DNA from: Synechococcus sp. A15-28
GTDB taxonomy: Bacteria; Cyanobacteriota; Cyanobacteriia; PCC-6307; Cyanobiaceae
DNA length: 32,000 nucleotides
Reading direction: 5' to 3'
Assembly: GCF_014280175.1 (NCBI RefSeq)
Contig: NZ_CP047931.1
Coordinates: forward strand, 690,001-722,000
A model generated the notes under the pieces. The model had not been told where the DNA came from. It searched no databases and saw nothing but the letters and a program-made list of their open reading frames with translations. The first letter of the stretch is position 1. Every line of letters begins with the position of its first letter. The position numbers and the translations under genes were made by a program. Positions 18,865-26,068 of the stretch are shown piece by piece.

Positions 18865-20136
18865 TTGGAGATGTTCAATAAAAGCGGTTCTGTGGAGGTC
18901 GTGACCAAGAAAACGGTCAAAAACTTTCTTAAATATGTGAAAAGAGATTTGTATGATAATTCAATATTCCATCGATCTGTTCCTGGCTTCGTTCTTCAAG
19001 GAGGGGGTTTCTTAGCGCCTGATCTTCCCACGAATGAAGGTGGCCCTCCTGAGCGAATCACTCCATTCAAAATGATTAAGAATCAACCTGGTAATTCTAA
19101 CCTCCGGGGCACCATCGCCATGGCGAAACAGGCGGGTGATCCGGATAGCGCCACGAGCCAGTGGTTTGTGAATCTTGTCGATAACTTTCCTCTTGACGAG
19201 CAAAATGAAGGTTTTACTGTCTTTGGAAAAGTATTAGGGCAGGGGATGGAAATTATTGATCAACTCTCGTCGGCGAATATTTATAATTTTGGAGGAGCTT
19301 TTTCGCAATTGCCTCTTTGGCAACTTGAGGAAGTTGATGATGGCACAGCAGTCATCACTCCCGAGGACTTTCTGATTGTTGCCTCAGCTGAAAAGCTCAA
19401 GACAAAAAAACAGCCTTTTCTTCTGAATGTTGAAAGCTCTGACGAATCGCTGGTCGAAGTTCGTGTCACCAAAAAGCAGCAAATTAAGATCAAGGCTTCT
19501 GATGAGGCCTCTGAGCTGGCTGAAATAACTTTCGAAGCAATCTCATTTGTTGATGGATCTGTTGATGTCGACAGCTTCGATGTTGTGATTGGAGCTCCCG
19601 CTCAAACCCTTGCCAAGGGGAGTCCAGCGCAGAGGCGTCGGAAGCCAGTTGATGTGTTTGTAGGTGCTGGCTCTTTTGATGCCCCTTACTACCGGTTTTT
19701 CGATTCCGATGGAGATGAGATCGAGAATTTCAAGATCAAAGTGAAAAAGAAATTCCACTTCCATCGGCTAGATGGCGCCGAAACGCATCCTTTTTACATC
19801 AGTGATTCTGGTTACAACAGTTCAGCGTCTGATTCTTTGAAAGTCAAAGGTGATGGAGGGGAAACGGATGGCATCACCGGATCTGACGTCTTGAAATTCC
19901 GTGTCCGTAAATCTGACCGGAAGGAATTCAAGCAAAGTGGTGAGCTCTTCTATTTCTGCACATCGCATCCCTCCATGATCGGCTCATTTTCCATCAAAGG
20001 GCAGAAGTCCATTCAACCCCTTGAGCCTGTCCAGGAGGCGGTGATGGAACCAGTCACCAGCGATCCTGTTGGGAATGACTTCAGTGCTTATTACCGAATC
20101 GCCATGGACCCTACAGATCAGCTTCCCTTGATCTGA
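18865..20136 (+). CDS. Cyclophilin-type PPIase domain fused to a C-terminal cupredoxin-like domain. The ORF as tracked starts right after an in-frame TAG, and homology continues upstream to ATG 18721 (possible pseudogene).
   Basis: The cyclophilin core is present: VKNFLKYV, FHRSVPGFVLQGGGF, RGTIAMAK, SQWFVNL, FTVFGKVL.GM. The C-terminus has HPFYISD ... FYFCTSHPSMIGSF, a His / Cys-x2-His-x2-Met set like the amicyanin CTPHPFM. The composition is AT-rich. Confidence 0.6.
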   Translation: MEMFNKSGSVEVVTKKTVKNFLKYVKRDLYDNSIFHRSVPGFVLQGGGFLAPDLPTNEGGPPERITPFKMIKNQPGNSNLRGTIAMAKQAGDPDSATSQWFVNLVDNFPLDEQNEGFTVFGKVLGQGMEIIDQLSSANIYNFGGAFSQLPLWQLEEVDDGTAVITPEDFLIVASAEKLKTKKQPFLLNVESSDESLVEVRVTKKQQIKIKASDEASELAEITFEAISFVDGSVDVDSFDVVIGAPAQTLAKGSPAQRRRKPVDVFVGAGSFDAPYYRFFDSDGDEIENFKIKVKKKFHFHRLDGAETHPFYISDSGYNSSASDSLKVKGDGGETDGITGSDVLKFRVRKSDRKEFKQSGELFYFCTSHPSMIGSFSIKGQKSIQPLEPVQEAVMEPVTSDPVGNDFSAYYRIAMDPTDQLPLI

Positions 20137-20684
20137 GCTGAATGATCGGCATCCCTATGAATGGCGTAGGCCGCAAGAACACCTCCAACAAATCCGCCGG
20201 CATGGCCGATCCAGCTGACGCCGGCGGGTGATACTCCTGGGATCAATGCCAAAAGGGCTGAGCCGTACAACCAGAACGTGAATCCTCCAAGAAGAATCGG
20301 CACGATCCTTTTCTCAAAGAGTCCGATCAGCAAGAGATATCCGAGCAATCCATACACCACACCGGAAAGACCATGTCCCGCTGCTGGCCACAGCAGAGCT
20401 ATCGGAACATCAACCAACAGAACTCCAATCCATACGGCGATGTAGTCACGGCTGCCTCGTGTCAGCACGAGCCAGCTCAGGGGCAGAAACACCAACGTGT
20501 TGGAGATCAGATGGCCAAAGCCTGAGTGGCTGAATGGTGCACTCAAGACCCTCCATAACGGAAGGCCAGGCCCCATCGGCAGATTCCATTGACCAGCAAG
20601 CAGAAGTTGATCGATGACTTCCTGCCCCCAGGCCAGGCCCAGCAACAGCAAGGGAATCAGCCAGCGGACAACCATCTCCGGCAT
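20118..20684 (-). CDS. Rhomboid-family intramembrane serine protease
   Basis: Multi-pass membrane protein with GHLISN, a catalytic-Ser motif GHGLSGVVYGLLG, and the His motif HAGGFVGGVLAAY. Confidence 0.8.
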   Translation of the reverse strand: MPEMVVRWLIPLLLLGLAWGQEVIDQLLLAGQWNLPMGPGLPLWRVLSAPFSHSGFGHLISNTLVFLPLSWLVLTRGSRDYIAVWIGVLLVDVPIALLWPAAGHGLSGVVYGLLGYLLLIGLFEKRIVPILLGGFTFWLYGSALLALIPGVSPAGVSWIGHAGGFVGGVLAAYAIHRDADHSAQIKGS

Positions 20685-20722
20685 ACGGGAATCACAATGA
20701 TGGCTCCTTAGGGCTTAGTTGG

Positions 20723-22255
20723 GTGAAGGACAGGGTCGATGTGGTGGTGATCGGCAGTGGCATCGGCGGTCTCTGCTGCGCTGCCCTTTGCGCCCGAGCT
20801 GGACGAGAGGTGTCGGTTCTGGAAGCCCACACGCAGCCCGGTGGAGCGGCCCATGGATTTCTGCGTCAGGGCTATCACTTCGAATCAGGCCCATCGTTGT
20901 GGAGTGGGTTGGCGCGTTGGCCGAGCAGCAACCCTCTGGCTCAGATCCTGCGGGCTCTGGATCAGCCCCTCGACGTGATCCCCTACCGAAGTTGGGATGT
21001 GGTGTTGCCGGAAGGTGATCTGAGGATTCCAGTGGGTTCGGCCGGCTTTGAAGATGTCGTTCGTGACCTGCGCGGTGCCGCTGCCGTTGAGGAATGGCGA
21101 CGCTTTGGCGAGGTGTTGCGTCCGATCGCTGCCGCCGCCAATGCTTTGCCTCTACTGGCGCTGCGCCCGGGGCTGGATGCGATGCCGCAGTTGCTCGAAC
21201 GTGGACCGCGGTTGCTGAAACACCTCCCGGCGATGCGGCATCTCTCCGGCGCTTTCGGCCCACTGGTTGATCGTCATCTCAAGAATGATTTCCTGCGTCA
21301 TTGGGTGGATCTGCTCTGTTTCCTGATCAGCGGCATGCCGATGGGGGACACCAATGCAGCGGCGATGGCGACGTTGTTCGGGGAATGGTTCGAGCCGGAA
21401 GCATGCCTCGACTATCCGGTGGGGGGCAGCGCCGCGGTTGTGAATGCCCTGGTGCAGGGCCTGCAGCGTCATGGCGGTGAGCTGCGAACGGCAGCCAGGG
21501 TCGAGCGAATCCTGATGGATGGCTCCACGGCAGTTGGCGTTCAGCTCAGCAATGGCGAAATGATTCACGCCGATCAGGTCGTCTGCAATGCCGACATCTG
21601 GAACACCCTGAATCTTCTGCCCCAGGACGTCGCCGCCGCTTGGCAACGGGATCGGGCTGAGACGCCAGCCTGCAACGGCTTCCTGCATCTGCATCTCGGT
21701 TTTGATGCCAGTGGCTTGGACGACCTGCCGATCCACACAGTCTGGGTGGACGACTGGCAGCGGGGGATTGCAGCGGAACGCAATGCCGTGGTGTTGTCGG
21801 TTCCATCGGTGTTGGACCCCGCGATGGCTCCGGCGGGTCAGCATGTGCTGCATGGCTACACGCCCGCCAGTGAACCCTGGTCGCTGTGGGCGGATCTACC
21901 ACGGGGAAGCGAGGCCTACCAGGCGTTGAAAATGGAGCGCTGCTCTGTGTTCTGGCGTGTGCTCGAACGACGCATCCCGGATATCCGTGACCGGTGCCAC
22001 GTGGTGATGGAGGGGACGCCGCGGACCCATGGTCATTTCCTCAATGTGCATCGCGGCAGCTACGGCCCTGCCCTTTCGGCGGCTGAGGGGCTCTTCCCCG
22101 GGGTGACCACGCCTCTTGATGGGCTCTGGCTTTGTGGTGCCAGCACCTTCCCGGGGATTGGTATTCCGCCGGTGGCCGCCAGTGGTGCCCTGGCGGCCCA
22201 TGGGATTGTTGGTCGTCAGGCCCAGCGCCAGCTGTTGCAAGAGCTGGGCCTGTGA
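20723..22255 (+). CDS. FAD-dependent oxidoreductase of the phytoene desaturase / carotenoid isomerase (CrtISO/CrtH-like) superfamily
   Basis: N-terminal Rossmann motif VDVVVIGSGIGGLCCAALCARAG-EVSVLE..QPGG, about 510 aa, and a C-terminal GASTFPGIGIPPVAASG block. The specific substrate cannot be assigned from sequence. Confidence 0.75.
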   Translation: MKDRVDVVVIGSGIGGLCCAALCARAGREVSVLEAHTQPGGAAHGFLRQGYHFESGPSLWSGLARWPSSNPLAQILRALDQPLDVIPYRSWDVVLPEGDLRIPVGSAGFEDVVRDLRGAAAVEEWRRFGEVLRPIAAAANALPLLALRPGLDAMPQLLERGPRLLKHLPAMRHLSGAFGPLVDRHLKNDFLRHWVDLLCFLISGMPMGDTNAAAMATLFGEWFEPEACLDYPVGGSAAVVNALVQGLQRHGGELRTAARVERILMDGSTAVGVQLSNGEMIHADQVVCNADIWNTLNLLPQDVAAAWQRDRAETPACNGFLHLHLGFDASGLDDLPIHTVWVDDWQRGIAAERNAVVLSVPSVLDPAMAPAGQHVLHGYTPASEPWSLWADLPRGSEAYQALKMERCSVFWRVLERRIPDIRDRCHVVMEGTPRTHGHFLNVHRGSYGPALSAAEGLFPGVTTPLDGLWLCGASTFPGIGIPPVAASGALAAHGIVGRQAQRQLLQELGL

Positions 22256-22261
22256 TCTCAA

Positions 22262-23836
22262 TCAGAGGTTGATCGCTGTCAGCAGGTTGTCGGGGCGGCC
22301 GTCCACCCTTGCGAAGTCGTTGTCGAAACCGACCACCAGGGTGCCGTCAGGCTTGAGGGCCAGACCTTCGGGCTTGTCGAAGCGGGGGTCGACACCGGGC
22401 AGGGAAGGCAGATTGAGCAGCTCCACCTGATCCACTTCCACAACGTCGCCTTCGGCAAAGGCCTCAGCAACGGCAGCAGGGCTCTCCAGCAGTTCAGGGG
22501 CGTAGACCCCATCCCCCAGAAGAGCTTCCCAGTCATAGCCCAGGGTGTCCGTCGCCTCGCTCAGGTCCATGCGCAGGATGGACTTGTTGGCCGCCACGGT
22601 GTCGCCGTTGTCGCGATCGATCACCAGGAAGGCGCCGCGCTCCGGGTCGTAGACGGCATCGCCGATCTTGTCCTGGTTGCTGGGGCCGATCTGGCTGAAC
22701 ATGTATTCGTGCTGGGGCTCTCCGGTGACCGGATCCATGGCCAGGATCCGCCGCACTGTGGAGCTGCTGCTATCACCGCCGACGCTCATCGGGGTCTGGA
22801 TGAACGCATAAAGCAGGCCGTCGTCGCTGTTGTAGGCCAGGGCTTCAAAGCCGCGGCTGCCGCGACGCTCCAGGTACACCTCCGGCAGAGTGGCTTTGGT
22901 GAACTCGGCTACATCGCCCCGGCCGGGCTCGTAGCTGATCGCGCTGTAATCGCTGCCTTCCGGCACGATCCGATGGATCAGTTCACCACTCTCGGCGTCG
23001 AACAGAGCGACCTGGGGACGGTATTCATCGGAGACGGCGAAAATTGGGTTGCCGTCGTTCAGCCCATCAATGCTGATGCGCTGGATCGATTCGGGATCCA
23101 GGCCAAACGCATCCGGTGCCACAGGGACGTATCCGCCGTTGCCATCGGTGGTGAAGGCGGCGTTGCTGGAATCGAGGCCGCTGATCTCACCGGTCTCTTC
23201 GTTGATGGTGTACATCTGAGCGATGCCGGTGGCATCACGGAAGCCGCCTTCGCCGTCAGGAACCCGCAGGGTGGTGGTGTCTTTGACTGAGGCCTTACCG
23301 GACTTGATCTTGTACTTCAGTTCGGTGACCTGAAGCTTGAAATCAGGGTCGCTGAAGATCTTCTCTCCCTCGAAGGCAAAGCCTTGGCCCTCTGGGATAT
23401 CAATAACCTGGGGGCCCACATCGGAGATGGTGAAATAACGCTTCAGGCCGGTGTCGTAGGTGAGCCCGGAGAGGCCGCCGGCGATGATCTGTACATCCGG
23501 CTGATTGGGATCCTCTAAAGATGAGGGAAGTTCTGGCCTGTTGGTGCCGGGGTAGTTGAGGACGAATTCGGCGGAGCTCGCTTTCAGGTCGCCGAAGCGG
23601 TCGGTCACCACCGCCAGCATGTTGTCGGGGCGGCCATCGACCCGTTGGAAGTCGTTGTCGAAGCCGACAACTAAAGTTCCATCTGGCTTGAGAGCCAATC
23701 CTTCGGGCTTGTCGAACAGGGTGTTGATGCCCTGCTCCGCCAGGTTGAACAGGGTGGTCTGGTGCACCTCGGAGATGATGCCGTTCATCAGGGGTGAGCG
23801 CAGGGCTTCACCCACCTCTTCCGGAGTATCAAGCAT
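22262..23836 (-). CDS. Phytase-like (PF13449 'esterase-like activity of phytase') beta-propeller protein, downstream repeat unit. Its first ~70 aa are the C-terminal blade of the upstream ORF's unit.
   Basis: GGLSGLTYDTGLKRYFTISDVGP, SRGFEALAYNSDDGLLYAFIQTPM, and DKPEGLALKPDGTLVVGFDNDF present twice. It is in the same frame as ORF 23873..25069, separated only by TAG 23873-23875 and 12 sense codons. Confidence 0.7.
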   Translation of the reverse strand: MLDTPEEVGEALRSPLMNGIISEVHQTTLFNLAEQGINTLFDKPEGLALKPDGTLVVGFDNDFQRVDGRPDNMLAVVTDRFGDLKASSAEFVLNYPGTNRPELPSSLEDPNQPDVQIIAGGLSGLTYDTGLKRYFTISDVGPQVIDIPEGQGFAFEGEKIFSDPDFKLQVTELKYKIKSGKASVKDTTTLRVPDGEGGFRDATGIAQMYTINEETGEISGLDSSNAAFTTDGNGGYVPVAPDAFGLDPESIQRISIDGLNDGNPIFAVSDEYRPQVALFDAESGELIHRIVPEGSDYSAISYEPGRGDVAEFTKATLPEVYLERRGSRGFEALAYNSDDGLLYAFIQTPMSVGGDSSSSTVRRILAMDPVTGEPQHEYMFSQIGPSNQDKIGDAVYDPERGAFLVIDRDNGDTVAANKSILRMDLSEATDTLGYDWEALLGDGVYAPELLESPAAVAEAFAEGDVVEVDQVELLNLPSLPGVDPRFDKPEGLALKPDGTLVVGFDNDFARVDGRPDNLLTAINL

Positions 23837-23872
23837 CTCGGGGGCGTAGACACCCTCTCCGAGGATGGATTC

Positions 23873-24976
23873 CTAGTTGAAGCCGAGTACGTCAGTGGCC
23901 CGGGTCAGGTCCATCTCGATCACCGCCTTGTTGGCGGTTTCATCCGCAACGTTGTCGCGATCGATCACATAGAAAACGTTGCGGTCGGCGTCATAGACCG
24001 CATCGCCGATCTTGTCTTGATTTGTAGGGCCGGATTGGCGATAGATGTATTCGTGTTTCGCCTCCCCGGTGATCGGATCCATGGCGATGATGCGTCGCAC
24101 AGTAGACCCTTTGCGCTCGCCATTCACATCCATCGGTGTTTGGATGAAGGCATACAGCAGGCCGTTGTTGCTGTTGTAGGCCAGGGCTTCGAAACCGCGG
24201 CTGCCACGGCGCTCCAGGTAAACCCCGGGCAGAGTTTTCTTGGTGAATTCCTTCACCTCGCCACGACCTTCCTCGTAGCCGTAGCCCTTGTAACGGCTGC
24301 CCTTGGGCACAATCCGATGGATCAGATTTCCCGTTTCGGCGTCATGGACGGACACCTGAGGGCGGTATTCATCAGAGATGGCGAATACGGCGTTGCCGTT
24401 GTTGAGTCCATCGATGCTCAGGCGCAGCACTGCCTCGGGATCCATGCCAAAGGCGTCCGCGGGCACGGGGTCGTAACCACCATTGCCGTCTGGGGTGAAC
24501 GCGGCTGAATCCAGGCCTGAGACCTCACCGGTGGCTTCATCAATCCGGTACATCTGGCCGATGCCGGTGGCTGGACGGAAGCCACCCTGCTCATCGGGAA
24601 CATTGAGGGTCACAGCACCGGTGACCTTGACTTTGCCTTTCTTGCCCTGGCGAAGTTCAGAGACCTGCAGTCTGAAATCAGGGTCGTTGAACACCTTTTC
24701 GCCTTCAAAGGCGAAGCCCTCGTCTTCGGGGATGTCCTGGGCCTGAGGGCCTACATCCGAAACGGTGAAGTACCGGTCGAGTCCGGCGTCGTACCAGAGA
24801 CCAGACAGGCCGCCGGCGATCAGCTGATCGTCGGGGTAGTTGGGATCACTGAAACGGTTGGGAACCTTGCTCTTGCCGGTGCCGGGGTAGCTGAGCTTGA
24901 AGGAAAAACTCTCGGTACTGATGTCGAGGTAGTTGGATTCCGCTACGCGGCTACCGGGAACCGGACTGAAGGACAT
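23873..24976 (-). CDS. Phytase-like beta-propeller protein, upstream repeat unit, ending at a premature-looking TAG. ATG 24976 is preferred over TTG 25069.
   Basis: Paralogous, block for block, to 22262..23836: GGLSGLWYDAGLDRYFTVSDVGP, SRGFEALAYNSNNGLLYAFIQTPM. It ends ...ATDVLGFN* where the sister unit reads ...ATDTLGYDWEALLGDGVYAPE. Confidence 0.7.
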   Translation of the reverse strand: MSFSPVPGSRVAESNYLDISTESFSFKLSYPGTGKSKVPNRFSDPNYPDDQLIAGGLSGLWYDAGLDRYFTVSDVGPQAQDIPEDEGFAFEGEKVFNDPDFRLQVSELRQGKKGKVKVTGAVTLNVPDEQGGFRPATGIGQMYRIDEATGEVSGLDSAAFTPDGNGGYDPVPADAFGMDPEAVLRLSIDGLNNGNAVFAISDEYRPQVSVHDAETGNLIHRIVPKGSRYKGYGYEEGRGEVKEFTKKTLPGVYLERRGSRGFEALAYNSNNGLLYAFIQTPMDVNGERKGSTVRRIIAMDPITGEAKHEYIYRQSGPTNQDKIGDAVYDADRNVFYVIDRDNVADETANKAVIEMDLTRATDVLGFN

Positions 24977-25007
24977 CTTCAAAGATGTTGATACCACCTC
25001 AACTTGC

Positions 25008-25031
25008 AAAAAACATCGCATCAGCGATGTT
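25008..25031 (-). terminator. Hairpin plus U-tract (terminator/attenuator-like) in the leader of the phytase-like gene
   Basis: On the minus strand: AACATCGC-TGAT-GCGATGTT (8-bp perfect stem) followed by TTTT. It lies about 32 nt upstream of ATG 24976. Confidence 0.35.
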
Positions 25032-25128
25032 GCGCTAGCAACCTCATCTCGTGTCAGGGGATACACCAATCGTGTTCAGTCGCCGGCGCGCTAGCGCGTC
25101 ATAGTCTTCTCGCGAAGCATGGTTGGAC

Positions 25129-25335
25129 ATGAACACCAACGCCAGAATCGACTCCCTACAACTGATGCTCACGGATCTGCGGATGCGCAACGAGCCGATT
25201 CGTCACAAGGCGGCATTCCGCGGCTGCCAGCCCGAATTTCAGCAGCTGGTCAGCCGTTTGATCGATCAGCTCGAACGGGAGCTACTTGAGGAGAAGCAGC
25301 GCTCCCGAGAAGAATCCCGAACCGCGGCGGTCTAA
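25129..25335 (+). CDS. Small hypothetical helical protein (68 aa from the ATG)
   Basis: G/C-rich third codon positions typical of local genes. Charged coiled-coil-like C-terminus (LIDQLERELLEEKQRSREE). Its TAA overlaps the convergent cupin stop. Confidence 0.5.
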   Translation: MNTNARIDSLQLMLTDLRMRNEPIRHKAAFRGCQPEFQQLVSRLIDQLERELLEEKQRSREESRTAAV

Positions 25336-25835
25336 CCGAAGCGATCACGCCAGCGCTGTTCCTGAAGGCGGGCTTCGTCGCATCCCTCGGAGGGGAAGCC
25401 CCTGAGGAAGTCCTTGTCCTCCGTGGGTTGGTAGGGCCCCTGCTTCAGTTCAAACATCACTGAATTGGGCGCCAGGGCCACCAGGGTGTGGAACTGGTTT
25501 TCAGCAAGTTCGATGCCCCTCAGAGGCCCTGTCGCCTCGAGTCGCTCCTGTTGAAGGATCGTGCCGTTGTCGTCCATGACCAACAGGCCGATGGCACCCT
25601 GCAGCACCAGAAAGCATTCGAACCCGGTTCCGGGTTGATCGCGAATATGCCGGTGGGGCCGCACATAGGTGCCCGGTTGGAGCACGTTCAGAAATCGCTG
25701 CACCAGATCGCTTTCCTGGTGAAGGTTGTGGTTCTTGCGCAGTCGTGGATGCTGCCGAGCCACCCTCGATACTTCATCGAAGAGGGATTGATCCACCCGC
25801 TTCAGTTGCACCTTGGTTGGCGAGTTGTTGGTCAC
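25332..25835 (-). CDS. WbuC-family cupin-fold metalloprotein (GTG start at 25835 preferred)
   Basis: RLRKNHNLHQ...VQRFLNVLQPGTYVRPHRH...FECFLVLQG...FHTLVAL...VMFELKQGPY fits the TIGR04366-type pattern. The GTG overlaps the upstream stop (GTGA). The ORF-track N-terminal extension to 26006 looks non-coding (Arg/Pro/Cys-rich). Confidence 0.7.
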   Translation of the reverse strand: MTNNSPTKVQLKRVDQSLFDEVSRVARQHPRLRKNHNLHQESDLVQRFLNVLQPGTYVRPHRHIRDQPGTGFECFLVLQGAIGLLVMDDNGTILQQERLEATGPLRGIELAENQFHTLVALAPNSVMFELKQGPYQPTEDKDFLRGFPSEGCDEARLQEQRWRDRFG

Positions 25836-26068
25836 GGCTGGAGGTCTCCGGAGCGGTGGGCGGCAGGCACGATTACCAGAAACAGCAGCCACCAGGCCGC
25901 CACGGCAACAGCGAGGGGGAGGCTGATCCAAAACCGTCCTGGCCACCACCAGGACAAGCCGATCACTGCAGAGCCTGTGCTGATGATCGACCAGGGCTGG
26001 CACCACCAGGGCTTGAGAGACCAGAACGGAGGCTGGTCAGCGGAGGGTTTCGAGCTCACCGGCGGCAT
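25832..26068 (-). CDS. Trp-rich small membrane protein (78 aa), conserved-hypothetical type
   Basis: PFWSLKPWWCQPWSIISTG, then two hydrophobic helices (AVIGLSWWWPGRFWISLPLAVAVAAWWLLFLVIV). Bracketed by overlaps with both same-strand neighbours. Confidence 0.5.
   Translation of the reverse strand: MPPVSSKPSADQPPFWSLKPWWCQPWSIISTGSAVIGLSWWWPGRFWISLPLAVAVAAWWLLFLVIVPAAHRSGDLQP

Noticed and set aside
20715-21263. 182-aa minus-strand Arg/Pro/Ser-rich ORF, and the 233-aa ORF at 21152..21853.
   Set aside because: Both are antisense to the FAD-oxidoreductase gene, which has a clear Rossmann motif. Their composition is typical of out-of-frame GC-rich sequence.
24977-25128. Looked for Pho-box-type direct repeats (PyTTAAPyPy at 11-bp spacing) upstream of the phytase-like gene.
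   Set aside because: No TTAA-containing 8-mers are present in the leader or promoter region, so phosphate-regulon control cannot be inferred from the sequence.
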